DNA from: an uncultured Methylomirabilota bacterium
GTDB taxonomy: Bacteria > Methylomirabilota > Methylomirabilia > Methylomirabilales > 2-02-FULL-66-22
Direction of reading: 5' to 3'
Length of the DNA stretch: 64,000 nucleotides
Assembly (NCBI GenBank): GCA_963845565.1
Contig: CAWJSJ010000001.1
Span: 704,001 to 768,000 of the forward strand
Positions 19,683 through 29,385 of the stretch are shown here, one piece after another. The notes below the pieces were generated by a model, which made no database searches, was not told the origin of the DNA, and saw nothing but the letters and a program-made list of their open reading frames with translations. A program made the position numbers and the translations under genes. The stretch's first letter is position 1. Each line of letters begins with the position of its first letter.

Positions 19683-19934
19683 TCAAGGTTGAAGGTTGAC
19701 ACTATTCTGCCCCTTCCTCGTGGCGCGCCAGGTCCGCCGGAACCGCGGGAACCTTCCTCTCTGTTTCTCTCGTGATGGCTTGAACCGCCCCGTCAAGTTC
19801 CTGCGCAAGCCGTTCGACCAGGATCAGGTCGGACCCTGCACGGCCCAGAGCCCTCGCAACAGCGAACCCGATCCCACGTGCCGACTCGGTAACCAGGTAA
19901 CCTTTCCAACGAGTGAGAATCCTGTCGGAATCAT
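19683..19934 (-). pseudogene. Truncated, frameshifted SDR 5' remnant
   Basis: RBS GGAGA + MIPTGFSLVGKV, then shifted frame LVTESARGIGFAVARALGRAGSDLILV..VPADL; degenerate TGxxxGIG motif; ends after about 80 codons. Confidence 0.7.
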
Positions 19935-20125
19935 CTGGTCTCCATCTGAGGATCGCTCAATAAGGCAGATCATCCGTGGCGGCCTCCGGCGAAAGGCGGG
20001 CGGCGGAGTCCAAGGAATAGACACGTTCCGTAATAGCGCTTGACAGGATTTCTTACGCTATGCTATCGATATTTTGACAATATAACACGAATATATTACT
20101 AACATTTTGAGTGGAAGAGAATCCA

Positions 20126-20767
20126 ATGCCAGAGTCCAAGAGTAAGAAGTTGCTTGTCTATGACGTACTCAAAGAACGGATCATTGCCCAGATCATGAAG
20201 CCAGGAGAGCCCATCAACGAGGGAGTCCTTTCTCAGGAGCTCGATATCAGCAAGACACCCATACGGGAAGCCATCCAGCAGTTGGAGAAGGAGGGTTTCA
20301 TCGAAAACATCCCAGGCAAAGGGAACTTCGTCTCCTACATCTCCATCCAGGGCCTCCGAGAGCTCTTCGAGATCCGAGAGATGCTGGAGTGCGAGGCGAT
20401 CAAGCGGGCAGCCGTGAAGCGCGACCCGCAAAAACTGACGGAGATCCGGAAGGCGTTCGAGTTGTCTGGGGAGTCCTCGCAGAATGGATCACCGCGGCAG
20501 TTTCGTGCAGGCGAGCACATTCACATTTTCATCTTCGAATCGCTCGGAAACCAGCGCTTGTTGGAAATCTACCGCCGGCTGCACGATCACATCGCCAGAC
20601 ATCGGAACTATTTCTTCAGCGACGTGCACGAGGGGCGACCAGAGAAATCCTATCGCGAGCACCTGGAGATCCTGGACGCGCTGGCTGCGCAGGATCCTAC
20701 CCGGTGCGAGCACGCCATGAGGGAGCATCTCAGGAATTCTCTGGATTACGTCAAGAGCATCATCTGA
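20126..20767 (+). CDS. GntR family regulator (FadR/FCD type)
   Basis: VYDVLKERII..PGEPINE..ISKTPIREAIQQLEKEG HTH; GNQRL and EHLEILDAL FCD motifs. Confidence 0.93.
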   Translation: MPESKSKKLLVYDVLKERIIAQIMKPGEPINEGVLSQELDISKTPIREAIQQLEKEGFIENIPGKGNFVSYISIQGLRELFEIREMLECEAIKRAAVKRDPQKLTEIRKAFELSGESSQNGSPRQFRAGEHIHIFIFESLGNQRLLEIYRRLHDHIARHRNYFFSDVHEGRPEKSYREHLEILDALAAQDPTRCEHAMREHLRNSLDYVKSII

Positions 20768-20903
20768 GACCGGCAGGGGACTCCGCTACCGCAGTGTTGC
20801 CCCGCGCGCGGCGGAGTGGCTTCCGCGTAAGCGGGCAGGTCGCAGTAGGGAATTCAGCGGCCGTGTGCGGGTTCGAATGTCGACTCTCCAGGAGTGAAAA
20901 GCC

Positions 20904-21575
20904 ATGATACACATCAAGACCACAATTGAACGCCCCTCCAAGGAGTTGACGGAACGCTTCAGCAAACTCGGATCCGCCACGGTCCACGAGGCATCAGGGC
21001 GGAAGGGAGTTGTGAATCCCGCGATCAAACCCATTCGGAAGGGCCTGCGCCTCTGTGGTCCGGCGTTCACTGTCCAGTGCGGCCCTGGCGACAACCTGAT
21101 GCTCCATAAGGCCCTTGAGAAGGCCCAACCCGGCGATGTGCTCGTCACCTCGGTCAGCGGGTATCCGGAGGGCGGGTACTTTGGCGGTCTGATGGCGGTT
21201 TCGGCGGTCGCGCGTCGTCTCGGGGGGCTTGCCATTGACGGCTGCATTCGAGATTCGGAAGAGATCATCGCGATGGGCTTCCCCATCTTCGCCCGGGGGT
21301 TTTGCATCCGTGGCACGAGCAAGTCGGTGGCGGGGCTGATAAATCATCCGACGGTTTTTGGCGGTATCGTGGTCCAGCCGGGCGACCTAATCCTGGGCGA
21401 CGACGACGGTCTGGTCACGATAGCGCGCACCGAGGTCGAGTCGGTGCTCGAGAAGGCGTTGCAGCGGGTGGAGGCGGAAGCTAAGAAATCGGAGCAGCTC
21501 CGGAGCGGCATTTCGAGCGTCGAGCTCAATAAACTCGGCAAGGTCTTCGAGGCGCTGGGGCTCGTCGAGGAGTAG
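20904..21575 (+). CDS. RraA-family HMG/CHA aldolase (LigK-like)
   Basis: GSATVHEA, GPAFTV..PGDNLMLH, GGYFGGLM, DGCIRD, PGDLILGDDDG. Confidence 0.88.
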   Translation: MIHIKTTIERPSKELTERFSKLGSATVHEASGRKGVVNPAIKPIRKGLRLCGPAFTVQCGPGDNLMLHKALEKAQPGDVLVTSVSGYPEGGYFGGLMAVSAVARRLGGLAIDGCIRDSEEIIAMGFPIFARGFCIRGTSKSVAGLINHPTVFGGIVVQPGDLILGDDDGLVTIARTEVESVLEKALQRVEAEAKKSEQLRSGISSVELNKLGKVFEALGLVEE

Positions 21576-21579
21576 GCCC

Positions 21580-22618
21580 ATGGCTACGGTCACCCCGGAA
21601 CGCTTGACAGAGGTCGTCATCGAAGTGCTGAAGGGGTTCGGGGCGGCGGAGGATGAGGCTCCCATCGTCGCGGAGAGCCTCGTCCGCGCCGAGATGCGGG
21701 GCACCGATACCCACGGCCTTCCGTATCTGAAGCTGTTGGTCGAACGGGTCGAAGCCGGAATGGTGTCGCTCCCGACCCGGGTCACGGTCCGCAACGACGA
21801 CGGCGCGACGGCGCTGCTCGACGGAGGGAACGGAATCGGGCAAATCGCGGGCTGGCAGGCCATGGAACGGAGCATTCGCAAGGCCCGGGAACACGGGATC
21901 GGCCTCACGCTCGTCCGGAATACCAACAACCTTGGGTTCCTCGCGTTCTATACGATGCACGCGGCAGAACAGGGATTCGTCGGCATCACGATGGGCAACG
22001 CGAACGCCGCCATTTCGCCATGGGGTGGCGCCGAGGCCTTCTTTGGTACCAACCCCCTCTCCATCGCGGTCCCAGGCAGTGGGGAGCCGGTGGCGTTGGA
22101 TATGTCGTCGAGCGTGGTGGCGCGCGGCAAGGTCCGCAAGGCGCAGCGGCTCGGCGAAAAGATCCCACTCGGATGGGCGCTGGATGAGGCGGGTGTGCCG
22201 ACCGACGATCCCGGCGCGGCGCTCAAGGGAACGCTGCTTCCTATCGGAGGGCCGAAGGGGTACGGCTTAGCGTTCATGGTGGATGTGCTCGCCGGGATGC
22301 TCTCCGGTGCGAAATTCGGACGGGACATCAAGAGTTTCCATCAACTCATGGGGCCGACCGAGGTCGGCGCGCTGACGATCGCGATCAATGTCGAACGCTT
22401 CATGCCCCTCGAGTCGGTTCAGGGACCTGATGAAAGGATATGTCGATTCGATCCGCGGAAGTCGGAAGGCGAAGGGAACGGATCGGATCTATTTGCCGGG
22501 GGAGATCGAGTCCGAGAAAGAAAAGACGAGCCGAGAGCGGGGCATCGAGCTGAAACCGGCGTCCATCGAGTTGGTGAATCAACTGCTGGAGAAGATTCGG
22601 AGCCAGGTGCGCCTCTAG
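21580..22618 (+). CDS. Ldh_2 family (ComC/AllD-like) 2-hydroxyacid dehydrogenase, +1 frameshift near 22414
   Basis: GTDTHG, DGGNGIG, FGTNPLSIA, LDMSSS, GGPKGYGL; family C-terminus RIYLPGEIE lies in the next frame, ending TAG 22618. Confidence 0.87.
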
Positions 22619-22753
22619 GTCAAAACGAAGACCATCGAAAAGAGCTGTCGATATCATTGTAGTCGCTGATCATTCAAATAGTTATGGAACATACATAAAG
22701 TTTTGTCGTGTTCTGAGTGTTCCCGATGACGCTCTTAACTCGAGGAGGATGTC

Positions 22754-23500
22754 ATGGACGAAATGAAGGAGCTGGTGGTCGTCGTCACGGGGTCGGGGAA
22801 GGGGTTGGGGAAGGGAATTGCCGAGAGGTGCTACGGCGAAGGCGCCACGGTCGTCACCTGGGATCGATCCGGCGCGGCGAAGGCCGTCGCGGATACCCTC
22901 GATCCGTCTGGGAAGCGGACGCTGTACGTCCAAGCGGATGCGGTGAAGGAAGAGCAGGTGGTCCGCGCCCTTGATGAGGTCGTCAAGAGATTCGGCCGGG
23001 TGGATGTTCTGGTCAACAACGCCGGGATCTCGCGCCACAAGCCGATCGAGGAGATGACGCTGGAGCTCTTCGAAGAGGTGATGAAGATCAACGTGACCGG
23101 CCTCTTCCTTTGCTGCAAGGCCGTGGTCCCCATCATGAAGAAACAGGGGCGCGGGAAGATCGTCAATATCTCGTCCCTGGCCGCTCGGACGGGTCGGCCA
23201 GGGGTCGGCGTGAACTACGCCGCCTCCAAGGGCGCCGTGGTCTCCATGACGCAGACCTTGGCGCGAGAGTTGGGCCCCGCCGGGATCTACGTGAACGCCA
23301 TCGCTCCCGGCTCAGTGCTGACAGAGCAGACGCGCCAGTATCCCCCGGAGGTGTTCGCGAAATGGAATGCCGGGCGGGCGGTTCAACATGACGGGCTCCC
23401 AGAGGATGTGGGGGACGCGGTCATCTTCCTGGCGTCGAAGCGCTCAGACTGGGTCACGGGCGTCACGCTCGATCTCAACGGAGGGATCCTGATCCGCTAG
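22754..23500 (+). CDS. SDR family NAD(P)-dependent oxidoreductase
   Basis: TGSGKGLG, LVNNAG, NISS, YAASK. Confidence 0.95.
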   Translation: MDEMKELVVVVTGSGKGLGKGIAERCYGEGATVVTWDRSGAAKAVADTLDPSGKRTLYVQADAVKEEQVVRALDEVVKRFGRVDVLVNNAGISRHKPIEEMTLELFEEVMKINVTGLFLCCKAVVPIMKKQGRGKIVNISSLAARTGRPGVGVNYAASKGAVVSMTQTLARELGPAGIYVNAIAPGSVLTEQTRQYPPEVFAKWNAGRAVQHDGLPEDVGDAVIFLASKRSDWVTGVTLDLNGGILIR

Positions 23501-23544
23501 GGCAGTCGTTGGCGTAGACCGGTCATACGGGAAAAGGAGAGACT

Positions 23545-23904
23545 ATGTCGGAACTGAAGGTCATCAACATCAAGGACGTGAAGGGCGAGCGGCGAGATCC
23601 GCCGCGCATGTCGTGGGTGCTCGTCTCCGAGAAGACCGTGGGGGCCCAGAATCTCGCCATGGGGGTTAATGAGACGTACCCCGGCGGTATGGTGCCGGAA
23701 CACAAGCACGACAAGGAGGAAGAGGTGATGTTCTTCCTCGCGGGCCGGGGGACCTTTGTCACGGAAGACAGAGAGATTCCTTTGGAGCCGGGAGTGTGCA
23801 TCTACAATCCACCCGGGAAATCGCACAAGATCATTAACACAGGGGACGAGGTCCTCCGGTTTGTCTGGATCTATTCGCCCCAGCTTCCTGGTCATCGGAA
23901 GTAG
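23545..23904 (+). CDS. Cupin domain protein
   Basis: PGGMVPEHKH..EE and PPGKSH cupin metal motifs. Confidence 0.9.
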   Translation: MSELKVINIKDVKGERRDPPRMSWVLVSEKTVGAQNLAMGVNETYPGGMVPEHKHDKEEEVMFFLAGRGTFVTEDREIPLEPGVCIYNPPGKSHKIINTGDEVLRFVWIYSPQLPGHRK

Positions 23905-23991
23905 GGAGAAACAGCGGTTAGCGATCAGCAATCAGCAATCAAGCGTATGGCCGGCAAATCAACAGGCAATTTCTCGACAAGGAGACTCACG

Positions 23992-24957
23992 ATGGGAAAT
24001 TGGACGCTGCCCCCCACGGGCGGTCACATGGAAAAGCCCTCGAAGATCTATTACCAGACGATGACGAAGAAGGACGTGGAGGAGCGCCTGAAGGTGAACG
24101 ACATCCTGCTCATCCCGTTCGGCTCGACCGAGAACCACGGCGACGCGCAGCCGTATGGCGAGGACGTGTTCATCGTGACGAGGATGTGCGAGATGATCGC
24201 GCAGAAGACCGGATGCACCGTGGCGGAGCCACTCTGGTACGCGTCGCATCCCTTCGCCCACCTGGGGCAGACGGGGACCGTTCCCATCCCCGATGACCTG
24301 ACATCGGCGCTCGTGCGCTCAATCGTCTCAGGGTACTGGAACGCAGGGTTCCGCAAGCAGATCCTGATGAGCAGCCACGGGCAAGAGTACATCATCCCAT
24401 CGGCCATCCAGGAGTGGGCCAAGAAGTACCAAGTTCCTGCCGTGATCATCTTCCTGGACGTGATGAAGATCATGGGCGACGCGTTGAAGGACAAGGCCCA
24501 CGGCGGCCCCTTCGAGACCCCCTTCCGGCACGGTGACGAGGCGGAGAACTCCATCTGCCTGGCGCTCTTCCCGGAGTTCGTGCAGATGGAGAACTGCGTC
24601 GACACCAAGACGTGGGGCTTCCTGCCCGAAGGGCATATCGACAAGGGCGGCGACATCTACAACTACCCCATCCCCGGCCAGAGCCACGTTGGCGGCAGCG
24701 GGGTGGAGTTCGCGATTTACCCGGAAGGCGTGATGGGCAAGCCCTCGCTCGCCAAGCCCGAGAAAGCTTACCAGGCCATCGAGAACTACTTAGACTACGT
24801 TGTCAAGCTGCACAACGACATCCGGGCGAAATTCCCTCCGGGGGTACTGCCGGAGGCAAAGTACATGACCCAGAGGAGCGAGGAAGAGATCGATCTCCTC
24901 CTCAAGGGGCCGGACAGGGGCGGTAGGCACATCTACACGATCGCCTGGCCCTCGTGA
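23992..24957 (+). CDS. Creatininase-fold hydrolase, 3-dehydro-scyllo-inosose hydrolase (IolN)-like
   Basis: IPFGSTENHG..GED, SSHGQE, PFRHGDEAE; N-terminus WTLPPTGGHMEK resembles the IolN subfamily (from memory); RBS AAGGAG. Confidence 0.78.
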   Translation: MGNWTLPPTGGHMEKPSKIYYQTMTKKDVEERLKVNDILLIPFGSTENHGDAQPYGEDVFIVTRMCEMIAQKTGCTVAEPLWYASHPFAHLGQTGTVPIPDDLTSALVRSIVSGYWNAGFRKQILMSSHGQEYIIPSAIQEWAKKYQVPAVIIFLDVMKIMGDALKDKAHGGPFETPFRHGDEAENSICLALFPEFVQMENCVDTKTWGFLPEGHIDKGGDIYNYPIPGQSHVGGSGVEFAIYPEGVMGKPSLAKPEKAYQAIENYLDYVVKLHNDIRAKFPPGVLPEAKYMTQRSEEEIDLLLKGPDRGGRHIYTIAWPS

Positions 24958-24971
24958 TCGGGAAGATTGTG

Positions 24972-25035
24972 GTGAAGGCAATCGTCAAGACAGACCAGAG
25001 CCGGGCTCCCATGCCCGGAACCCGGCTCTGGAGAG
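24972..25035 (+). pseudogene. Short 5' remnant of a second Zn-dependent dehydrogenase
   Basis: VKAIVKTDQ then, in a shifted frame, PEPGSGE, mirroring MKAIVKARED..PEPGPGE of the downstream gene. Confidence 0.45.
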
Positions 25036-25113
25036 CCCGCTACTTGGACTATCGACGGTGGGGGAGGGAGCCTCTCGAGCCTCCCCCGCAATCTCACCAC
25101 GTGAGGTCCGCAC

Positions 25114-26183
25114 ATGAAAGCGATCGTGAAAGCCAGGGAAGATGCGGGGGCGATGGAGGTGCGCGACCTCCCGATCCCGGAGCCAGGTCCCGGTGAAGTT
25201 CTTGTGAAGATGAAGGCGGCGGGGATCTGCTTCAGCGATTTCATGATCCTGACCAACAAGTACAAGGGCCGCGTGCCCGTCCCGATCCCCATGATCATGG
25301 GCCATGAGGGTGCGGGAGTCGTGGCCGACGTAGGGAAGGGAGTCGCAACACGTCAAGGCCGGGGACAAGGTCGGACTGAATCCCCTCTGGGGCTGCGGGC
25401 AGTGCGAGAACTGCTTCAACGGATACCCGAACATGTGCATGACCTGGCGGCATCTGGGAATCACGTGTGACGGCACGTTCGCGGAATACCGCGCCGTGCC
25501 GGCCTTTGTCGCCTGCAAACTCGCGGACAGCGTCTCGCCGATCGATGCCGCCTTCATCGAGCCGATCAGCCTCGCGGTCGGCACCTTCGAGCATGTGAGG
25601 CCCATGCTGGGGGATACGGTGGCCATCATCGGCCCCGGGTCGATCGGCTTGTTTCACCTGCAGGCGTTCAAGTCTGCGGGTGCTGGGAAGATCATGGTCA
25701 TCGGCCTCGACAAGGACGCTCAGCGGCTGGAGATCGCGAAGAAGCTGGGCGCCGACCACATCATCAAGGGAGCAAGGAAGATGTGGTGAGCGCTTGAGAT
25801 CACCTGGGAGCAAGGAAGATGTGGTCCAGCGCGTTCGGGAGCTCACCAACGGCCTGGGGGCCGATATCGTGGTGGAAACCGCGAATCACCCCTCGACCGT
25901 TCCGCTGGCCGTCAGCCTGGCAGCCCCCAAGGGGCGTGTCCGTCTCTTCGGCCTATACCCCGAAGCGACCATGAGCCCCCTGACCCTTCTCCGCGCCGGC
26001 GTGACGATGGTCGGGGATGTGGCGACGAATACGCGCTATTTCCTGCGCGCCATGCGTTGGATCGAATACAGGAAGGTGCTGGCCCAACCAATGGTGAGTT
26101 GCCGCTTCGCACTGGATCAGGCCAAGGAAGCCTTCGACGCCTTTTCCCAGGGAGGTGCGGTCAAGGTGCTCTTCGAGATTTGA
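25114..26183 (+). CDS. Zn-dependent (MDR) dehydrogenase, interrupted near 25350 (+1) and at 25768-25804 (37-nt insertion)
   Basis: GICFSD, GHEGAG, CGQCENC..C structural Zn, EP, GPGSIG, GADIVVE, AVKVLF spread over three frames. Confidence 0.88.
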
Positions 26184-26331
26184 GCCTCCGAGGTGAAGTC
26201 GTAGGTGTGAGGCCGTCGCGACCAACCGAGCCGGACCCACTTCTGGAGCCAGTTGAAGGGAAGGTTTCGAAAGTCTGCGGGGCCGGTGCACTGCCTGTAA
26301 GTGGTGAGAAGGAACTCTGAAGGGAGAGGCG

Positions 26332-26778
26332 ATGAAGAAGATTCTGGTGCTGCACGGTGTCAATCTCAACATGTTCGGAAAACGGGACCCCGCCCAGTAT
26401 GGGACGATCACCCTGGACGAGATCAACCAGCAGCTCCAGACCCTGGCCAGGGAGCTGGGCGTGGAGCTGGAAACGTTCCAGACAAACTTCGAGGGCGAGA
26501 TCTGCGAGAAGATCCACAAGGCTCATCTGGACAAGGTGGACGCAGTGGTCATCAACGCGGGTGCCTGGACCCATTACAGCATCGCGCTTCGCGACGCCCT
26601 GGCGATCCTGAAGGTTCCCATCATCGAGTGTCACATGTCGAACATCCACGCGCGAGAAGAGTTCCGGCACGTCTCTCACGTGTCGCCCCTCGCGAAAGGG
26701 ATCATCGCGGGATTCGGAGTCCACAGTTATCTGTTGAGCTTACGGGCCGCCGTCACATTGATTACGGACAAGGAGTAG
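26332..26778 (+). CDS. aroQ: Type II 3-dehydroquinate dehydratase
   Basis: LHGVNLNMFGKRDPAQYG, INAGAWTHYSIALRDA, ECHMSNIHAREEFRH. Confidence 0.96.
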   Translation: MKKILVLHGVNLNMFGKRDPAQYGTITLDEINQQLQTLARELGVELETFQTNFEGEICEKIHKAHLDKVDAVVINAGAWTHYSIALRDALAILKVPIIECHMSNIHAREEFRHVSHVSPLAKGIIAGFGVHSYLLSLRAAVTLITDKE

Positions 26779-26910
26779 CAGAGGGAAGCGGTCAGCCTTC
26801 AGTTTCAGAGATGACGCGAAGAGTCGCCTCGAAATAGGCATGGGACCCGTTCCGAAGCTGATTGCTGACTGCTGAGTGCTACGGTCATTCCACTCGAAGG
26901 AGGAGTCACG

Positions 26911-28641
26911 GTGCGCAACATCGTGAGGGCGAATACGCGAACAGGAGAAATCCGGGTTGCTCCTTGCTCGAATGAGGAGCAGCGATGGGGTGGCCGATCG
27001 CTGATCGCCCACCTGATGCTGCGGGAGGTTTGGCCCGGGTGTAATCCACTAGGGAGGGAGAACAAGCTCATCGTCGCATCCGGGTGGTTGGGTGATACCG
27101 CCGTGACGACGGCGGGACGTTGCTCCATTGGGGGCAAGAGTCCCCTGACGGGTGGGGTCAAGGAGGCGAACGTCGGCGGCGAACCCGGAAAACAGATAGC
27201 CCGACTCGGCGTGCGCGCCTTGGTGTTGGAGGACGCACCGGAACGGCCGGAGCCCCGGGTGTTGTGGGTCGGAAAGGACACCTGCGAACTGCTCCCCGCA
27301 CCGGACCTGCGGGGCCTCGAGATGGGGGCGACCTTCGACGCACTCCGCGGCCGTTTCGGTGCGCACACCAGCTTTTTCTGCATCGGGCCTGCGGGCGAGA
27401 TGTGCCTCGGTTCAGCCGCCGTCGCTACCACGGACAGGACCGGAGCGCAGGTACGGTTTGCGGCCCGAGGTGGGCTCGGCGCCGTCATGGGATCCAAGGG
27501 CATCAAGGCGATCGTCTTCGACGATACGGGGGCCCGCCCTGACCCGGCGCACGATCCGGAAGGCCTTGCGGCGGCCGGCCGGGAGGTATGGCAGATCCTC
27601 CGCGATGACCCGAAGACGCAGAACCGCCACGACTTCGGCACACCAGCCGTTCTCGCCATCTGTGACTCGCTGGGTATTCTTCCCACGCGCAACTTCCAAA
27701 CAGGCCACTTCGAGGAGTTCGAGGCCATTTCCGGGGAGCGCGTGGCCGACCTGATCGTGGGCCGAGGAGGCGAAGGGGAGCGGGGTTTACTCTGCGTTCG
27801 CGGGTGCAATATCCAGTGTTCGAACAACTTCGCTGACGCGGCGGGGAAGACGCTGGTGGCTTCACTGCAATACGAAAACATCGGCCTATTGGGCTCCAAC
27901 TGCGGCATCGGCGACGTGGACGAGGTGGCCAGAATCAACCATCTCTGCAACCAGGTGGGCGTGGATACCATTGAAGTAGGTGCTGCTATCGGCGTGGCCA
28001 TGGAGGCCGGAATCATCGCCTTTGGCGATGCGACTGGCGCGAAGGATCTCGTCCGGCAGATCGGCGAAGGCACCCCGCTGGGCCGGGTGCTCGGGAGCGG
28101 CGTCGTCATCACCGGGAAGGTTCTGGGGGTTAGGAGAGTTCCGGCTGTGAAGGGCCAGGCGATACCCGCCTACGATCCGCGATCGCTGAAAGGCATCGGT
28201 GTGACGTACGCCACGTCCCCAATGGGCGCAGACCACACCGCAGGAAACGCGCTGGAGATGGCCAAGGTGCTCGATCAGAAAAAGAAGGAGGGACAGGTCG
28301 AGGCATCGTTGCGGCTCCAAGTCCGGGCAGCCCTCCTCGACAGTCTGGGGGTTTGTCTATTCATTCGCCCCGCCTTCGTCAAGGACCCGAACCTAATGGC
28401 CCGCCTGCTCAACGGGCGTTACGGCTGGTCGTTAACCTACGCCGACGTACAGAAGATGGGTCTCACATGTCTTCAGATGGAACGGGATTTCAACCGACGC
28501 GCCGGCGTCTCGGATGAACTGTGCGACGTTCCGGAGTTCATGCGGAACGAACTCCTGCCGCCCTTCGATACGGTATTTGACGTGTCGCGCGAGGACATGC
28601 GGCGGATCTGGGATGTGAAACTGCCGGAGGGTGTGTTTTAG
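26911..28641 (+). CDS. Tungsten aldehyde:ferredoxin oxidoreductase family protein
   Basis: GKSPLTGG, IGPAGE, ARGGLGAVMGSKGIKAI, CVRGCNIQC, YDPR, SPMGADH. Confidence 0.92.
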   Translation: MRNIVRANTRTGEIRVAPCSNEEQRWGGRSLIAHLMLREVWPGCNPLGRENKLIVASGWLGDTAVTTAGRCSIGGKSPLTGGVKEANVGGEPGKQIARLGVRALVLEDAPERPEPRVLWVGKDTCELLPAPDLRGLEMGATFDALRGRFGAHTSFFCIGPAGEMCLGSAAVATTDRTGAQVRFAARGGLGAVMGSKGIKAIVFDDTGARPDPAHDPEGLAAAGREVWQILRDDPKTQNRHDFGTPAVLAICDSLGILPTRNFQTGHFEEFEAISGERVADLIVGRGGEGERGLLCVRGCNIQCSNNFADAAGKTLVASLQYENIGLLGSNCGIGDVDEVARINHLCNQVGVDTIEVGAAIGVAMEAGIIAFGDATGAKDLVRQIGEGTPLGRVLGSGVVITGKVLGVRRVPAVKGQAIPAYDPRSLKGIGVTYATSPMGADHTAGNALEMAKVLDQKKKEGQVEASLRLQVRAALLDSLGVCLFIRPAFVKDPNLMARLLNGRYGWSLTYADVQKMGLTCLQMERDFNRRAGVSDELCDVPEFMRNELLPPFDTVFDVSREDMRRIWDVKLPEGVF

Positions 28642-28899
28642 TTTGGGCCCGAAGTGCGACCGGACGGCTGTGCGTGCCACGCCACGGGGAGTCTCCCGAC
28701 TCGGACACGGAGAAATATACGGGATTTCTGCGATAGACGGGCAGAGAACGCTCGAGATCACCCTGGCTATCCAAAGGTCTGGTGAGACCAGGCAGCCTCC
28801 TCGGTTGGCATGAGTCAAGAAGGGGAAGCGCAAAGACGTCGGATATGAGGGTATGACATGGTGTGGCCGGTGCCCGTGTCCGGTCACCAGGAGGGAGTG

Positions 28900-29376
28900 A
28901 TGCTCCAACGGCTAAGCGGCGCGTTGCGACGTTGCACCGAAATCGCGATCATGGTCCTCATGGGGTTCCTTGTGGTGATCGTAGTGGCGAGTGTTCTGTT
29001 CCGCTACATCTTGTTTGCGCCGCTCTCGTGGTCCGAGGAGGTGGGCCGGTATTTGATGATCTGGCTGGGGTTCTTAGCGGCTAGCATTGCCATTCGACAA
29101 GGACTGCACGTCGGTGTGGAGGTCGTGGTTCAATGGGTTCGGCCGGAGATTTCTACCCGGCTGAGAGGGTTGGCCCGCGGGGCGACGATCGGTTTCCTCC
29201 TGATCGTGATGGGCTACGGTTTCTTCCTCGTCACCAACCTGTGGGAGCAGTGGAGTCCGGTCATGGGCATCCGGATGACTTGGCCATACCTTGCGATTCC
29301 GGTCGGCAGCCTCCTAATGTTGATCCAAATGGTGACGCCGTCAAGCCAAGAAACCAAGACTGAGGCAGCGGGTTAG
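28900..29376 (+). CDS. dctQ: TRAP transporter small permease
   Basis: Four hydrophobic segments, WSEEVGRYLMIW, HVGVE. Confidence 0.9.
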   Translation: MLQRLSGALRRCTEIAIMVLMGFLVVIVVASVLFRYILFAPLSWSEEVGRYLMIWLGFLAASIAIRQGLHVGVEVVVQWVRPEISTRLRGLARGATIGFLLIVMGYGFFLVTNLWEQWSPVMGIRMTWPYLAIPVGSLLMLIQMVTPSSQETKTEAAG

Positions 29377-29385
29377 GAGGAATCC

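Noticed and set aside
19696..20043. + strand ORF containing FLRKPFD, like a receiver-domain end
   Set aside because: No acidic pocket or phospho-Asp motif; the minus-strand SDR remnant explains the region better
20855..20892. GGTTCGAAT followed by CTCCA, resembling a tRNA 3' half
   Set aside because: The T-stem does not pair (GCGGG vs GTCGA) and no cloverleaf can be drawn
25768..25825. 20-bp direct repeat as a CRISPR unit or IS target duplication
   Set aside because: Only two copies, inside a CDS, and the spacer is a corrupted copy of downstream sequence; no cas or transposase genes
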